Shown here one piece after another: positions 1 to 8,573 of a DNA stretch of 32,000 bases (its first letter is position 1; the number at the start of each line of letters is the position of its first letter). The stretch is from Aliivibrio fischeri ES114 (GTDB lineage: Bacteria; Pseudomonadota; Gammaproteobacteria; Enterobacterales; Vibrionaceae). The stretch is from NCBI RefSeq assembly GCF_000011805.1, contig NC_006840.2. One strand, 5' to 3'. A program made the position numbers and the translations under genes. A model generated the notes under the pieces. The model did not search any database. It worked only from the letters and a program-made list of their open reading frames with translations, and had not been told where the DNA came from.

Positions 1-1192
1 AGCGGCTACCTAACTGACTTTGAATCGTCGCAACACTGATGATTTGGTTACTTTGCTCTGTGTTACCTGCGCTATCACGGCTGTATTCGTTGTATGAGGT
101 TGCCATTGGCTTGCCCACATTGTGACGAGAAAACTCAGACATGATTTTGCCGCCTGAACTATCAAGAACAATGTTTACTTCTGCCATGCCCATTTCACCA
201 AGACTCGCACGTGCATCAACAATGTGATCACCCGTTAGTACTGGTTTTCTGCCTACACGAACTGGTTGGCCGTTTTGGTCAGGAATAACCATTGTGCTGC
301 CAGTGCCTTGTTCTTTTACTGCGTAGAAAGCAAGACTTGCTGTCGCACCGATAACGTTTTTCGCCGCTGCTGGATCTTGAACACCTGGAAGCTCGATACG
401 AATGCGGTTTTCACCTTGACGCTGAACCAGTGCTTCGGTAATACCTAACTCTTCAATACGGCTACGCATGGTTTGAAGGTTTTGCTGTACTGTTAGGTTA
501 CGTACGGCAATTTTTTCATCTTCTTTTAGCGTTAATTTAAGATCAAAACCGTCATCATTGGTGATTTGCCAAGTAGGGTAGTTTTTATGAATGAATTGAC
601 GAGCTGCGTGGCTTGCTTCTTCTGAAGGTAAGTGAACCACTAGCGTATCACTGTCTACTTTTTGTAAGCGAACTGAGCGAATACGTTCTTCACGTAACTC
701 TTGTTTTAGCGAGTCAGCTAATTCGTTACGTTGTGCTTGGTAAACTTGGTTTACGTCCACATCCAGTAAGAATTGCACACCGCCACGTAAATCAAGACCG
801 AGTTTGATTGGTTCAAAGCCCATGTTTTGTAGCCAAGCTGGTGCAGCAGGTGCAAGTGACAATGCTAGTGTGGTGCCTTTTTGGCTTTCATCAATCACTG
901 AACCAAGCACATCTTTAGCGGCAACTTGTTGTGCTTCATCTTTCAAAATAACGATGGTTTTATCGCCTTTTTGTTCGATGCGTTTTACGTTAATGCCTTG
1001 CTCAGTCAAGGTGTTTTGTAGTGATACAATCGATGGAATGTGTCCATCTTTGTTGGTGATTTGCACGGCGGCATCTTCACCATACCAAGTCGGGATCGCA
1101 CTCAATAATAGAATAACAAGGGTCGTAATAAGTACGATGTATTTCCATTTAGAATAATGGTTCAGTCGCTGTATTGGTTGTTTTCTTTGCAT
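1..1192 (-). CDS. secD: Protein translocase subunit SecD, N-terminal ~397 codons (start codon in window, gene runs off the left edge); yajC-less second SecDF-type copy
   Basis: Not in the ORF track because it is open at the window edge. My translation from ATG 1192-1190 reads MQRKQPIQRLNHYSKWKYIVLITTLVILLLSAIPTWYGEDAAVQITNKDG...KLGLDLRGGVQFLLDVD...ALVQRQGENRIRIELPGVQDP...VLTGDHIVDA...VGKPMATSY. This is collinear with remembered E. coli SecD blocks (LGLDLRGGVHF, VVQRQGADRIVVELPGIQD, ILTGDHITD, IGKPMAT). SD GAGGTG (minus strand, 1206-1201) lies 8 nt before the ATG. The + strand ORFs at 266-448, 613-807 and 804-1157 are its antisense shadows. Confidence 0.85.
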   Translation of the reverse strand, partial: MQRKQPIQRLNHYSKWKYIVLITTLVILLLSAIPTWYGEDAAVQITNKDGHIPSIVSLQNTLTEQGINVKRIEQKGDKTIVILKDEAQQVAAKDVLGSVIDESQKGTTLALSLAPAAPAWLQNMGFEPIKLGLDLRGGVQFLLDVDVNQVYQAQRNELADSLKQELREERIRSVRLQKVDSDTLVVHLPSEEASHAARQFIHKNYPTWQITNDDGFDLKLTLKEDEKIAVRNLTVQQNLQTMRSRIEELGITEALVQRQGENRIRIELPGVQDPAAAKNVIGATASLAFYAVKEQGTGSTMVIPDQNGQPVRVGRKPVLTGDHIVDARASLGEMGMAEVNIVLDSSGGKIMSEFSRHNVGKPMATSYNEYSRDSAGNTEQSNQIISVATIQSQLGSR

Positions 1193-1322
1193 AATAATTT
1201 CACCTCACATACGACAATGCGTATGCGAAAAAGTCACAAATCTAGCTAGATCAAATGCTTATATAGATTGGTATAAGTACAGAAATAACTAAGTGATAAA
1301 TCGATGGATTTTGAATGTGAAA

Positions 1323-1859
1323 TTAAGCAGCAGGGAACAGTCGATGACTGTAGAGGAGGTTACTTTCTTTCCAAGCAGAGACTCGAGAAACCGATGAATA
1401 GCTGTATAACGCCCAATCAACACTTGGTTTTGGCTTTTCTTGATAACCAATAGTTAATTGTTCAGCAGGGATAGCTGGGATCTCTAACGCTAATTCATAA
1501 ACAGGAAAGACTTCTTCTGGCTCATGGCGTGCTAGGTTTGCCATACGAGATGAGTTACCTACACCAAGGTTTACATTATGGCCTTGAGAAGAATTTTGAG
1601 AATGGGAAGAGAGCGTATTGCTTGGGGTGTCTGTGACATTACAAGTTAAGAAGTCAACTTGATGTGTCAATGACGGGTCTAAAGTAAGGTTCACTTGAAT
1701 GGTAGAATGTTGCTCGATAGTGAAATCGGCAATTACGGTGTCACTGTTTTGCTGATATGAAGATGCCTGAGCAAGCGAACTTACCCCTAAGCATAAACAG
1801 ATGATCAGTAATCGAAACAGTTGTACCACGAAAAATCCAGTGATGTGATAATAGACCAT
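1323..1859 (-). CDS. vemP: VemP-like secreted leader / Sec-monitoring translation-arrest peptide candidate (178 aa from ATG 1859; the track uses TTG at 1892)
   Basis: Same strand as secD and 130 nt upstream of it. Signal-like N-terminus ...FRLLIICLCLGVSSLAQA, an S/N/T/Q-rich middle, and C-terminus SRVSAWKESNLLYSHRLFPAA. From memory this resembles the V. alginolyticus VemP arrest region (..RISGWKETNAMYVALNSQFSA): R-[IV]-S-x-W-K-E-[ST]-N-x-x-Y. No alignment was run. Confidence 0.6.
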   Translation of the reverse strand: MVYYHITGFFVVQLFRLLIICLCLGVSSLAQASSYQQNSDTVIADFTIEQHSTIQVNLTLDPSLTHQVDFLTCNVTDTPSNTLSSHSQNSSQGHNVNLGVGNSSRMANLARHEPEEVFPVYELALEIPAIPAEQLTIGYQEKPKPSVDWALYSYSSVSRVSAWKESNLLYSHRLFPAA

Positions 1860-1945
1860 CGCATCGTATTCGATGAATGGCCTTACTGGCAAGTGAAATT
1901 AATGGATTAATAAAAATTGATGTAATTTTTGTTGTTTATTTCGCT

Positions 1946-2851
1946 TTATTTTCTTGCTGCATTCTTTGATTCAAAGCGTTCAAGTACATGATCAATAAAA
2001 GCTCTTAATCGTTTTGGTAGCAATTTATTTTGAGGGAACACCAAGCTAATAGCCACTCGTGGTAAATCCCAATCAGGCAAAATTCGTATTAACTCTCCAT
2101 TGTTAATGTGCTCACGACAGATGAATTCAGGTAATGAAGCTATGCCTAAACCACTCAAACAGGCGGATTTACAAGCGGTAACTGTGTTGACTTTTAAGCG
2201 ATAGGGTAAGTTAACTCGAATCGCTTTATCGACCTGATTAAAGTAAAGGTTAGGCACTTTAACTGCGTTCACCACTCGGATTTGATGATGAGGGGCTTGG
2301 AGATCTTCTGGGGTTTGAATATACCCATAGTTATTTAAATACTCAGGGCTAGCAACAATAATACGCTCAGAAAAATCAATGGTTCTGGCCACTAGTGAAG
2401 AGTCGTTGATTTCCCCAATTTGTACGTAAAGATCAATATTATCGCCAATGATATCCACTTCACGGTTGGTCATTTCAAGGTTAATCGATACCTCTGGATA
2501 ATGTTTTAAAAAGCTATTGATGTAATCAGACATGACGTTATGTCCAATTTCTACTGGCATGGCTAAATTGAGATGGCCACGAATGAGGTTTTGGTTTGCG
2601 GTGAGCTCTAACTCGGTTTGTTGCATGATATCGAGCACTTTTACGCTAGCTTGATAAAAGATTTCCCCTTCTTGAGTTAGGCCTAATTTTCGTGTTGAAC
2701 GAGTGATGAGCTTCACACCTAGGTGTTCTTCGAGCTCTGCTAATTTTCGGCTTACTGTTGATTTTGTCATTCCGAGATTCGTTGCAGCTTGAGTAAAGCT
2801 ACCAGAATCAACAACTTGGTTTAATAGTGTGATGTTATTTAAATCCATCAT
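1946..2851 (-). CDS. LysR-family transcriptional regulator
   Basis: 301 aa. N-terminal wHTH FTQAATNLGMTKSTVSRKLAELEEHLGVKLITRSTRKL followed by a LysR substrate-binding-type C-terminal domain. Divergent from the efflux pair at 2985. Confidence 0.9.
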   Translation of the reverse strand: MMDLNNITLLNQVVDSGSFTQAATNLGMTKSTVSRKLAELEEHLGVKLITRSTRKLGLTQEGEIFYQASVKVLDIMQQTELELTANQNLIRGHLNLAMPVEIGHNVMSDYINSFLKHYPEVSINLEMTNREVDIIGDNIDLYVQIGEINDSSLVARTIDFSERIIVASPEYLNNYGYIQTPEDLQAPHHQIRVVNAVKVPNLYFNQVDKAIRVNLPYRLKVNTVTACKSACLSGLGIASLPEFICREHINNGELIRILPDWDLPRVAISLVFPQNKLLPKRLRAFIDHVLERFESKNAARK

Positions 2852-2984
2852 AAGGGCGTAACCTAATCATTAGTAAGAATTATGCAACAGTGTTTCCTTT
2901 TTTTCCTATCTAATCAATTAATCTTTTTAGTTTTATACTCTGTATCCACAATATTAGAATTTTATAAAGATAGGTAAAGCCTCA

Positions 2985-4025
2985 GTGACTGAATTAAAAA
3001 AGAAGAAAAATAAAGCACCGTTAATCGCAACAGTCATTTTTATTTTATGTGGCGCCTTGGGTGCCGGTTATTGGTATGGCTACGGTCAGTATTTCCAATC
3101 AACGGATAATGCGTACCTTCAAGGCGATATCACAACAATTAGCTCAAAAGTAGGTGGTTATATTCAACAAACCTTAGTTGAAGATAATCAGAAAGTAAAA
3201 GCAGGGGATTTATTAGCAACCATTGATGATCGTGATTTCTTGGCTGAACAAGAAAAAGCGGAAGCTAATGTTGCTGTTAATGCGGCGGCAATTACGAATT
3301 TAAATGCTGAGCTTAAACTGCAAGATATCCGAATTCGTCAATCTGCAAGCCAAATTGAGTCGGCACAGGCGGATCTTGAGCGTGCTCAACAACAAGTAAA
3401 ACGTACCAAAGCGTTAATTAAAAAGAATTACTCTTCACAAGATGAATTGGATAATAACGTTTCACATTTGAAAGTGGCGATTGCGAATCTAGATGCAGCA
3501 AAAGCGAATTATCAAGCATCGAAAGAGCAAATCAACGTAATTGAAAGCCAAATCGGTCAAGCAAATGCAATGCTAAACCAAGCAAAAACGGCGTTAGACC
3601 AAGCGAATTTGAATTTATCTTACACTAAGATTTACGCGCCAATTGATGGCATCGTTGGTAAACGCAGCTTACGTGAAGGTTTATTAGTTCAAGCAGGAAT
3701 GCCACTACTTAGCTTGGTTCCAACCAAAGAAGTGTGGATTGAAGCGAACTTTAAAGAAACACAGTTAGAAAAAATTCATCATGGTCAAAAAGTGTTTGTC
3801 GATCTTGATGCTTATCCTGATCTGCACCTAAAAGGGATTGTAGAAAGCTTCTCGCCAGCAACTGGTGCTAAATTTGCACTTCTGCCACCAGAGAACGCAA
3901 CAGGTAACTTTACGAAAATTGTGCAACGTGTGCCGGTTAAGATCAGCATTTTAAATACTGATTTACTGGACGGTAAATTGATCCCGGGTCTGTCTGTTGT
4001 TGCGACTGTTGATACCCGAGGTTAA
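2985..4025 (+). CDS. HlyD/EmrA-family membrane fusion protein of a multidrug efflux pump
   Basis: 346 aa with a GTG start. N-terminal TM anchor (LIATVIFILCGALGAGYWYGY), long coiled-coil region, and EmrA-like blocks (TDNAYLQGD, YTKIYAPIDGIVGKRS, NFTKIVQRVPVKI). Stops 2 nt before the next gene. Confidence 0.85.
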   Translation: MTELKKKKNKAPLIATVIFILCGALGAGYWYGYGQYFQSTDNAYLQGDITTISSKVGGYIQQTLVEDNQKVKAGDLLATIDDRDFLAEQEKAEANVAVNAAAITNLNAELKLQDIRIRQSASQIESAQADLERAQQQVKRTKALIKKNYSSQDELDNNVSHLKVAIANLDAAKANYQASKEQINVIESQIGQANAMLNQAKTALDQANLNLSYTKIYAPIDGIVGKRSLREGLLVQAGMPLLSLVPTKEVWIEANFKETQLEKIHHGQKVFVDLDAYPDLHLKGIVESFSPATGAKFALLPPENATGNFTKIVQRVPVKISILNTDLLDGKLIPGLSVVATVDTRG

Positions 4026-4027
4026 GC

Positions 4028-5629
4028 ATGAGTCAATCGGTAAGTATTCCTGAAGGTGAGGTGGTTGATAAACCACTTGAACCTGAGATCCCACGTCGTC
4101 ATTGGATAGCATTATTTGGTGGTTTGATTGGTGCCTTTATGGCGATCCTTGATATTCAAATCACCAACTCATCTCTAAAAGACATTCAAGGTGCATTATC
4201 GGCAACCATGGATGAGAGTTCTTGGATTTCCACCTCTTATCTTGTTGCTGAAATGATAGCGATCCCATTAAGTGGTTGGCTGTCTGTGGCGCTTGGTAAA
4301 CGTCGTTATCTAACATGGACAACCGTCGTATTTACCGTTGCTTCATTACTGTGTTCTTTTTCATGGAACATGGGCTCGATGATTGTGTTTCGTGCCATTC
4401 AAGGCTTCAGTGGTGGTGCGTTAATTCCTCTGGCGTTTTCTCTTGTGGTTCACTTATTACCTGTGAACAAACGTGCGGTGGGGATGGCTCTGTTTGGGGT
4501 AACGGCGACCTTTGCTCCTTCTATTGGTCCGACGCTTGGTGGTTGGTTAACTGAGCATTTTTCTTGGCACTATATTTTTTATATCAACCTGCCACCGGCA
4601 ATCGCTTTACTATGTATGGTGAATTACGGTCTGGATGATGAGCCATTAAAGCTAGAAAGCCTATTGAAGGCCGATTGGCTTGGTATTATCACGATGGCGA
4701 TAGGTTTGGGTTGTTTAGAAGTGGTACTTGAAGAAGGGAACCGTGAAGAATGGTTTAGCTCAAGCTTTATCATTACGTTATCTATTATCTCAGTAATTAG
4801 CTTAACCTATTTTATTATCAATGAGTTGCAGCATAAAAAACCATTGGTGAACTTGCGGTTATTAAAACAAAGTCAGTTTGCCATGTCGTGTATTGCGTAT
4901 TTGATTTTGGGTATGGCGCTGCTGGGTTCTATCTATGTGTTGCCAATGTATATGATCCAAATTCAAGGATATAACGCCTTGGAGATTGGTGAAGTACTAA
5001 TGTGGATGGGTTTTCCTCAATTATTGATCTTCCCATTAGTGCCCAAATTAACGCAGATCATTAAAGCAAAATATTTGGTGTTCTTTGGTTTCTCTATGTT
5101 TGGTATTAGCTGCTTTGTAAATACACACATGAGTTATTTATTTGGTGGTGATCAGCTTATTTTCTCCATGATATTACGTGCGATTGGCAGTCCGTTTATT
5201 ATGGTTCCTTTGTCGTTGGTGGCAATGGAAGGGATCCAAAAGCAAGAAGTGGCCGATGCATCAACCATTACTAATGTTCTGAGAAACCTTGGTGGTGCGT
5301 TCAGTATTGCGTTTATTGCGACGCTATTGGACAACAAAACACGTGAGCATTTGGCGCACATTAAAGAAACGTTAACCAGTGTAAGTACGGATGGTTGGTA
5401 TCAATTAAACCAGAGTGCTGCGATGTTTGTAGCCAAAGGCAGCGATCCGACAACGGCAATGCAGCAAGCCAAGGCATCATTGACGTTAACTATGCAGCGA
5501 GATGCGGCGATCATGGCGTATAATGATGTCTTTTTTATGATGTCCTGCTTCCTTGCTTTTGCTGCGGTTTTGATGTTTTTTGTTAAATCGAATGGCAAGC
5601 CTGATCCTATGGCAGGCGGCGCACACTAA
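4028..5629 (+). CDS. EmrB/QacA (DHA2) family MFS drug efflux transporter
   Basis: 533 aa and hydrophobic throughout, as expected for a 14-TMS DHA2 transporter. EmrB-like N-terminus (ILDIQITNSSLKDIQGALSA). Tightly coupled to the MFP gene. Confidence 0.85.
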   Translation: MSQSVSIPEGEVVDKPLEPEIPRRHWIALFGGLIGAFMAILDIQITNSSLKDIQGALSATMDESSWISTSYLVAEMIAIPLSGWLSVALGKRRYLTWTTVVFTVASLLCSFSWNMGSMIVFRAIQGFSGGALIPLAFSLVVHLLPVNKRAVGMALFGVTATFAPSIGPTLGGWLTEHFSWHYIFYINLPPAIALLCMVNYGLDDEPLKLESLLKADWLGIITMAIGLGCLEVVLEEGNREEWFSSSFIITLSIISVISLTYFIINELQHKKPLVNLRLLKQSQFAMSCIAYLILGMALLGSIYVLPMYMIQIQGYNALEIGEVLMWMGFPQLLIFPLVPKLTQIIKAKYLVFFGFSMFGISCFVNTHMSYLFGGDQLIFSMILRAIGSPFIMVPLSLVAMEGIQKQEVADASTITNVLRNLGGAFSIAFIATLLDNKTREHLAHIKETLTSVSTDGWYQLNQSAAMFVAKGSDPTTAMQQAKASLTLTMQRDAAIMAYNDVFFMMSCFLAFAAVLMFFVKSNGKPDPMAGGAH

Positions 5630-5701
5630 CAAATCTGGGTTGATGCTCGCATCTTTAAAAGGTTTGGGTATAATGCGCCAGAATATTGAAATGAGGTTCT
5701 C

Positions 5702-6406
5702 ATGCGTTTAGATAAATTTTTGTGCGAAACATTAGGTGCCACTCGTAAAGAAGCAACTCGAATCATTAAAAGTGGTACGGTTACTGTTGATGGCGTGAAA
5801 ACAAAAGTAACATCTGTAAAAGTAACAGATGATTCAACAGTTGAATGGGATGGACGTGAACTGAAATTCCATGGCCCTCGCTACATTATGCTATTTAAAC
5901 CAGATGGTTATGTATGTTCTCATGAAGACAGTACGCACCCATCTGCACTCTCTTTATTAGATGAAGTGAATCTTGAGAAGCTGCATTTTGCAGGCCGTCT
6001 TGATGTAGACACTACCGGTTTAGTACTTATTACGGATGACGGTCAATGGTCACATAAGATCACATCACCAAAACGTAAGTGTGCGAAAACATACCGTGTA
6101 TGGCTTGCTGATCCAATTGGTGCTGATTACGCTGAGAAATTGGAAGCGGGTATTCAGCTTAAGAGCGAAAAAGATCTAACGATGCCAGCAGTAATGGAAA
6201 TTGTTGATGAAGAAGAACACGAACTTCTATTAACTATCCATGAAGGTAAATACCACCAAGTTAAGCGTATGTTTGCAGCTTTAGGTAATAAAGTTGAAGG
6301 TTTACACCGTGCTCAAATCGGTGGTTTAGGTTTGGATTATTCTCTAGAACCAGGTGAGTACCGTTACTTAACTGAAGAAGAAGTTGAAGCGGTATTTGGC
6401 GAATAA
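5702..6406 (+). CDS. rsuA: 16S rRNA pseudouridine(516) synthase RsuA
   Basis: 234 aa. S4 domain MRLDKFLCETLGATRKEATRIIKSGTVTVDG plus the RsuA catalytic block AGRLDVDTTGLVLITDDG and HEGKYHQVKRMF. SD GAGG lies 6 nt upstream. rsuA-bcr adjacency as in E. coli. Confidence 0.9.
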   Translation: MRLDKFLCETLGATRKEATRIIKSGTVTVDGVKTKVTSVKVTDDSTVEWDGRELKFHGPRYIMLFKPDGYVCSHEDSTHPSALSLLDEVNLEKLHFAGRLDVDTTGLVLITDDGQWSHKITSPKRKCAKTYRVWLADPIGADYAEKLEAGIQLKSEKDLTMPAVMEIVDEEEHELLLTIHEGKYHQVKRMFAALGNKVEGLHRAQIGGLGLDYSLEPGEYRYLTEEEVEAVFGE

Positions 6407-6435
6407 TTAATCAGCCTTATCAATCCAATATTAAA

Positions 6436-6468
6436 AACGGCGTGGCATTTATGTCTCGCCGTTTTTTT
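6436..6468 (+). terminator. Rho-independent terminator after rsuA
   Basis: Stem aacggcg (6436-6442) pairs with cgccgtt (6457-6463), followed by a T7 run (6462-6468). Confidence 0.8.
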
Positions 6469-6540
6469 GTGTAAATTTTATGCAAAGTGCTCGAATATAA
6501 AAGGCATGTTGTAATAGGGCATGATACTATGATAAATCGA

Positions 6541-6565
6541 ATAAGTATCTGATCATTCTTGCTTG
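6541..6565 (+). repeat. 25-nt repeat, copy 1 (ATAAGTATCTGATCATTCTTGCTTG), 56 nt upstream of bcr
   Basis: Identical at 24 of 25 positions to 17629-17653 in the same orientation. The flanks are unrelated. Confidence 0.9.
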
Positions 6566-6620
6566 AATCGGTATTGTTTGAACTCCTGTCCTGCTGTTTT
6601 ATTTTATTGGTATCGCCGTT

Positions 6621-7826
6621 ATGTCATCCACTGAAACCGCTCTTTCTGAGCCCCCAAAATTAAGCATACTGCTGGTTATTATTTTAGGTGCAATTTCTGC
6701 ACTCACTCCATTAGCTATTGATATGTATGTACCTGCGATGCCGAGTATTGCTTCTGACTTAGGAGTAACTGCTGGTTCAGTACAAATGACATTAACCGCT
6801 TATACTGCGGGCTTTGCCATTGCCCAATTAATTCATGGCCCGTTAGCTGATAGTTATGGTCGACGTCCAGTCTTGATTATTGGTACGGTCTTATTTGCTA
6901 TTTGTGCGGTCATTGGTGCTTTAGTTGGTGGCATTGAATCGTTGATGTACATTCGTGTTTTACAAGGTGTTGCTGGTGCAGCTTCTGCGGTAGTGGTTCA
7001 AGCTATTGTTCGTGACATGTTTAATAAAGAAGATTTCGCACGAATGATGGCATTCATTACTTTGGTGATGACAGTAGCACCTCTGGTTGCCCCTATGGTG
7101 GGTGGACACATGGCGGTGTGGTTTGGCTGGCGTTCTATTTTTTGGCTGTTAGCGGGATTCGCTGTACTGATTATTTTGGCTATTTTATGGCGTATTCCTG
7201 AAACCTTAGCAGAAGAGAACCGTTCACCGTTTAGGCTAATGACGTCACTACGAAATTACCGCTCGTTATTTAAAAATCCTGTTTCTCTTGGTTTGATTTT
7301 TTCTGGTGCGTTTTCTTTCGCTGGTATGTTTTCATTTTTAACCGCTGGTTCGTTTGTTTACATTGATATTTATGGTGTGAGTGTTTCGAACTTTGGTTAT
7401 CTGTTTGGCCTTAATGTGGTGTTCTTAATTATTATGACCACGATCAATGGCCGTATTGTTAAGAAAATGGGTTCTCACAATATGGTGAAATTGGGTATCT
7501 CAATCCAATTATTCGCGGGTATTTTGATGGTTGTAGGCCAATTACTCGATTGGGGTTTATGGGGTACTGTGGTTCCAGTGGTTTTATTTGTTGGCTGTAT
7601 TTCTACCATAGGTAGTAACACCATGGGCTTATTATTAAGTCATTACCCTAAAATGGCAGGTACTGCTTCGTCATTAGCGGGTACACTACGTTTTGGTACT
7701 GGCTCATTGGTTGGGGCGTGTATTGCAATGTTCCCTTCTGATTCGGCTTGGCCTATGGTAAGTTCCATGGCAGCATGTTCTATATTATCTTTTGGTTGTT
7801 ATTTTGTGTTTGGACGAAAAGCGTAA
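6621..7826 (+). CDS. bcr: Bcr/CflA-family MFS multidrug efflux transporter
   Basis: 401 aa, 12-TMS-like. Bcr-type motifs LAIDMYVPAMPSIASDLG and GPLADSYGRRPVL. Sits downstream of rsuA as in E. coli. Confidence 0.85.
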   Translation: MSSTETALSEPPKLSILLVIILGAISALTPLAIDMYVPAMPSIASDLGVTAGSVQMTLTAYTAGFAIAQLIHGPLADSYGRRPVLIIGTVLFAICAVIGALVGGIESLMYIRVLQGVAGAASAVVVQAIVRDMFNKEDFARMMAFITLVMTVAPLVAPMVGGHMAVWFGWRSIFWLLAGFAVLIILAILWRIPETLAEENRSPFRLMTSLRNYRSLFKNPVSLGLIFSGAFSFAGMFSFLTAGSFVYIDIYGVSVSNFGYLFGLNVVFLIIMTTINGRIVKKMGSHNMVKLGISIQLFAGILMVVGQLLDWGLWGTVVPVVLFVGCISTIGSNTMGLLLSHYPKMAGTASSLAGTLRFGTGSLVGACIAMFPSDSAWPMVSSMAACSILSFGCYFVFGRKA

Positions 7827-8507
7827 ATGAGTAAAGAAAAAAAAGCAGTTGATTATTATCAAGAAATTCAACGAGTAATTAATAGTGCTCTTGGTGATCT
7901 ACAAGAGTCTAAAGACAGTGGCCGTTTACCTAAAAACCCGGTAAGTGCAAACCACTTTTTAATTCGTTGGGTAACAACTGCAATTAAGTCTCAACGTTTT
8001 GCACATTGCGTTGCAAAAGATTTGATGACTTGGCAAAAAGAAGGGCGTACAAAAGGTACTGGTACTCAATTACCTGTGCGTTTTGAACAATACTCTCGTT
8101 TATACGCTGAATTAGCACCTGTTGAGCAAGCTGCATCTATTTCTAAATCTGCGATTATGGCGTGGAGTGAATCACTAGAAGAGAAAGAATGGTGTGTAAC
8201 AACAGAATATGAAGTATTAGAAAAAGCATCGCTGTTTTCTGACGGTGATCATTCATTCATCATTTGTTCTACTCAACTTGAATCATGCTTTGATGCTGAA
8301 AGTGAAGAGTTAATTAAACCACTGACTTGTTATGTTCGTGGTAATCACCATGAGTTTGTTGAATCTGCTTTTGAGCATGGATTAATGGTGCATAAGCGTT
8401 CGGATTACAAATCAAAAGTGAAGTACCATGGAGAGTATTTAATTTATCCTCATAACCACGGTACTCAGTTAGGTGAAATCCCATTTTCATTTAACGTGAA
8501 AAAATAA
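7827..8507 (+). CDS. Conserved hypothetical cytoplasmic protein, translationally coupled to bcr (possibly the gammaproteobacterial DUF2913 family; from memory, unverified)
   Basis: 226 aa with no TM segment or signal peptide. Its ATG directly abuts the bcr stop (TAAATG at 7824-7829). Followed by a strong terminator. Confidence 0.7.
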   Translation: MSKEKKAVDYYQEIQRVINSALGDLQESKDSGRLPKNPVSANHFLIRWVTTAIKSQRFAHCVAKDLMTWQKEGRTKGTGTQLPVRFEQYSRLYAELAPVEQAASISKSAIMAWSESLEEKEWCVTTEYEVLEKASLFSDGDHSFIICSTQLESCFDAESEELIKPLTCYVRGNHHEFVESAFEHGLMVHKRSDYKSKVKYHGEYLIYPHNHGTQLGEIPFSFNVKK

Positions 8508-8524
8508 TCGATTATCGAGATTGG

Positions 8525-8551
8525 ATGGGCTCTTAGTAGAGCCCATTTTTT
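8525..8551 (+). terminator. Rho-independent terminator after the bcr-coupled gene
   Basis: atgggctct (8525-8533), loop tagt, agagcccat (8538-8546), then a T run to 8551. Confidence 0.85.
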
Positions 8552-8573
8552 ATTCTTCCTATCCTTATTCCTC

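Noticed and set aside
266-1157. Three + strand ORFs (266-448, 613-807, 804-1157) in the supplied track
   Set aside because: They lie antisense to a continuous, clearly SecD-like minus-strand frame and have low-complexity, Cys/Ser-rich translations. They are shadow ORFs.
4315-5598. Internal and antisense ORFs within emrB (4315-4554, 5152-5361, 5401-5598). The same applies to similar nested ORFs within the ABC genes, fabV, ybjL, hexR, panP, lysO, tfoX, serC and cydC.
   Set aside because: Each is fully embedded in a longer ORF with clear family signatures and shows compositionally biased, motif-free translation.
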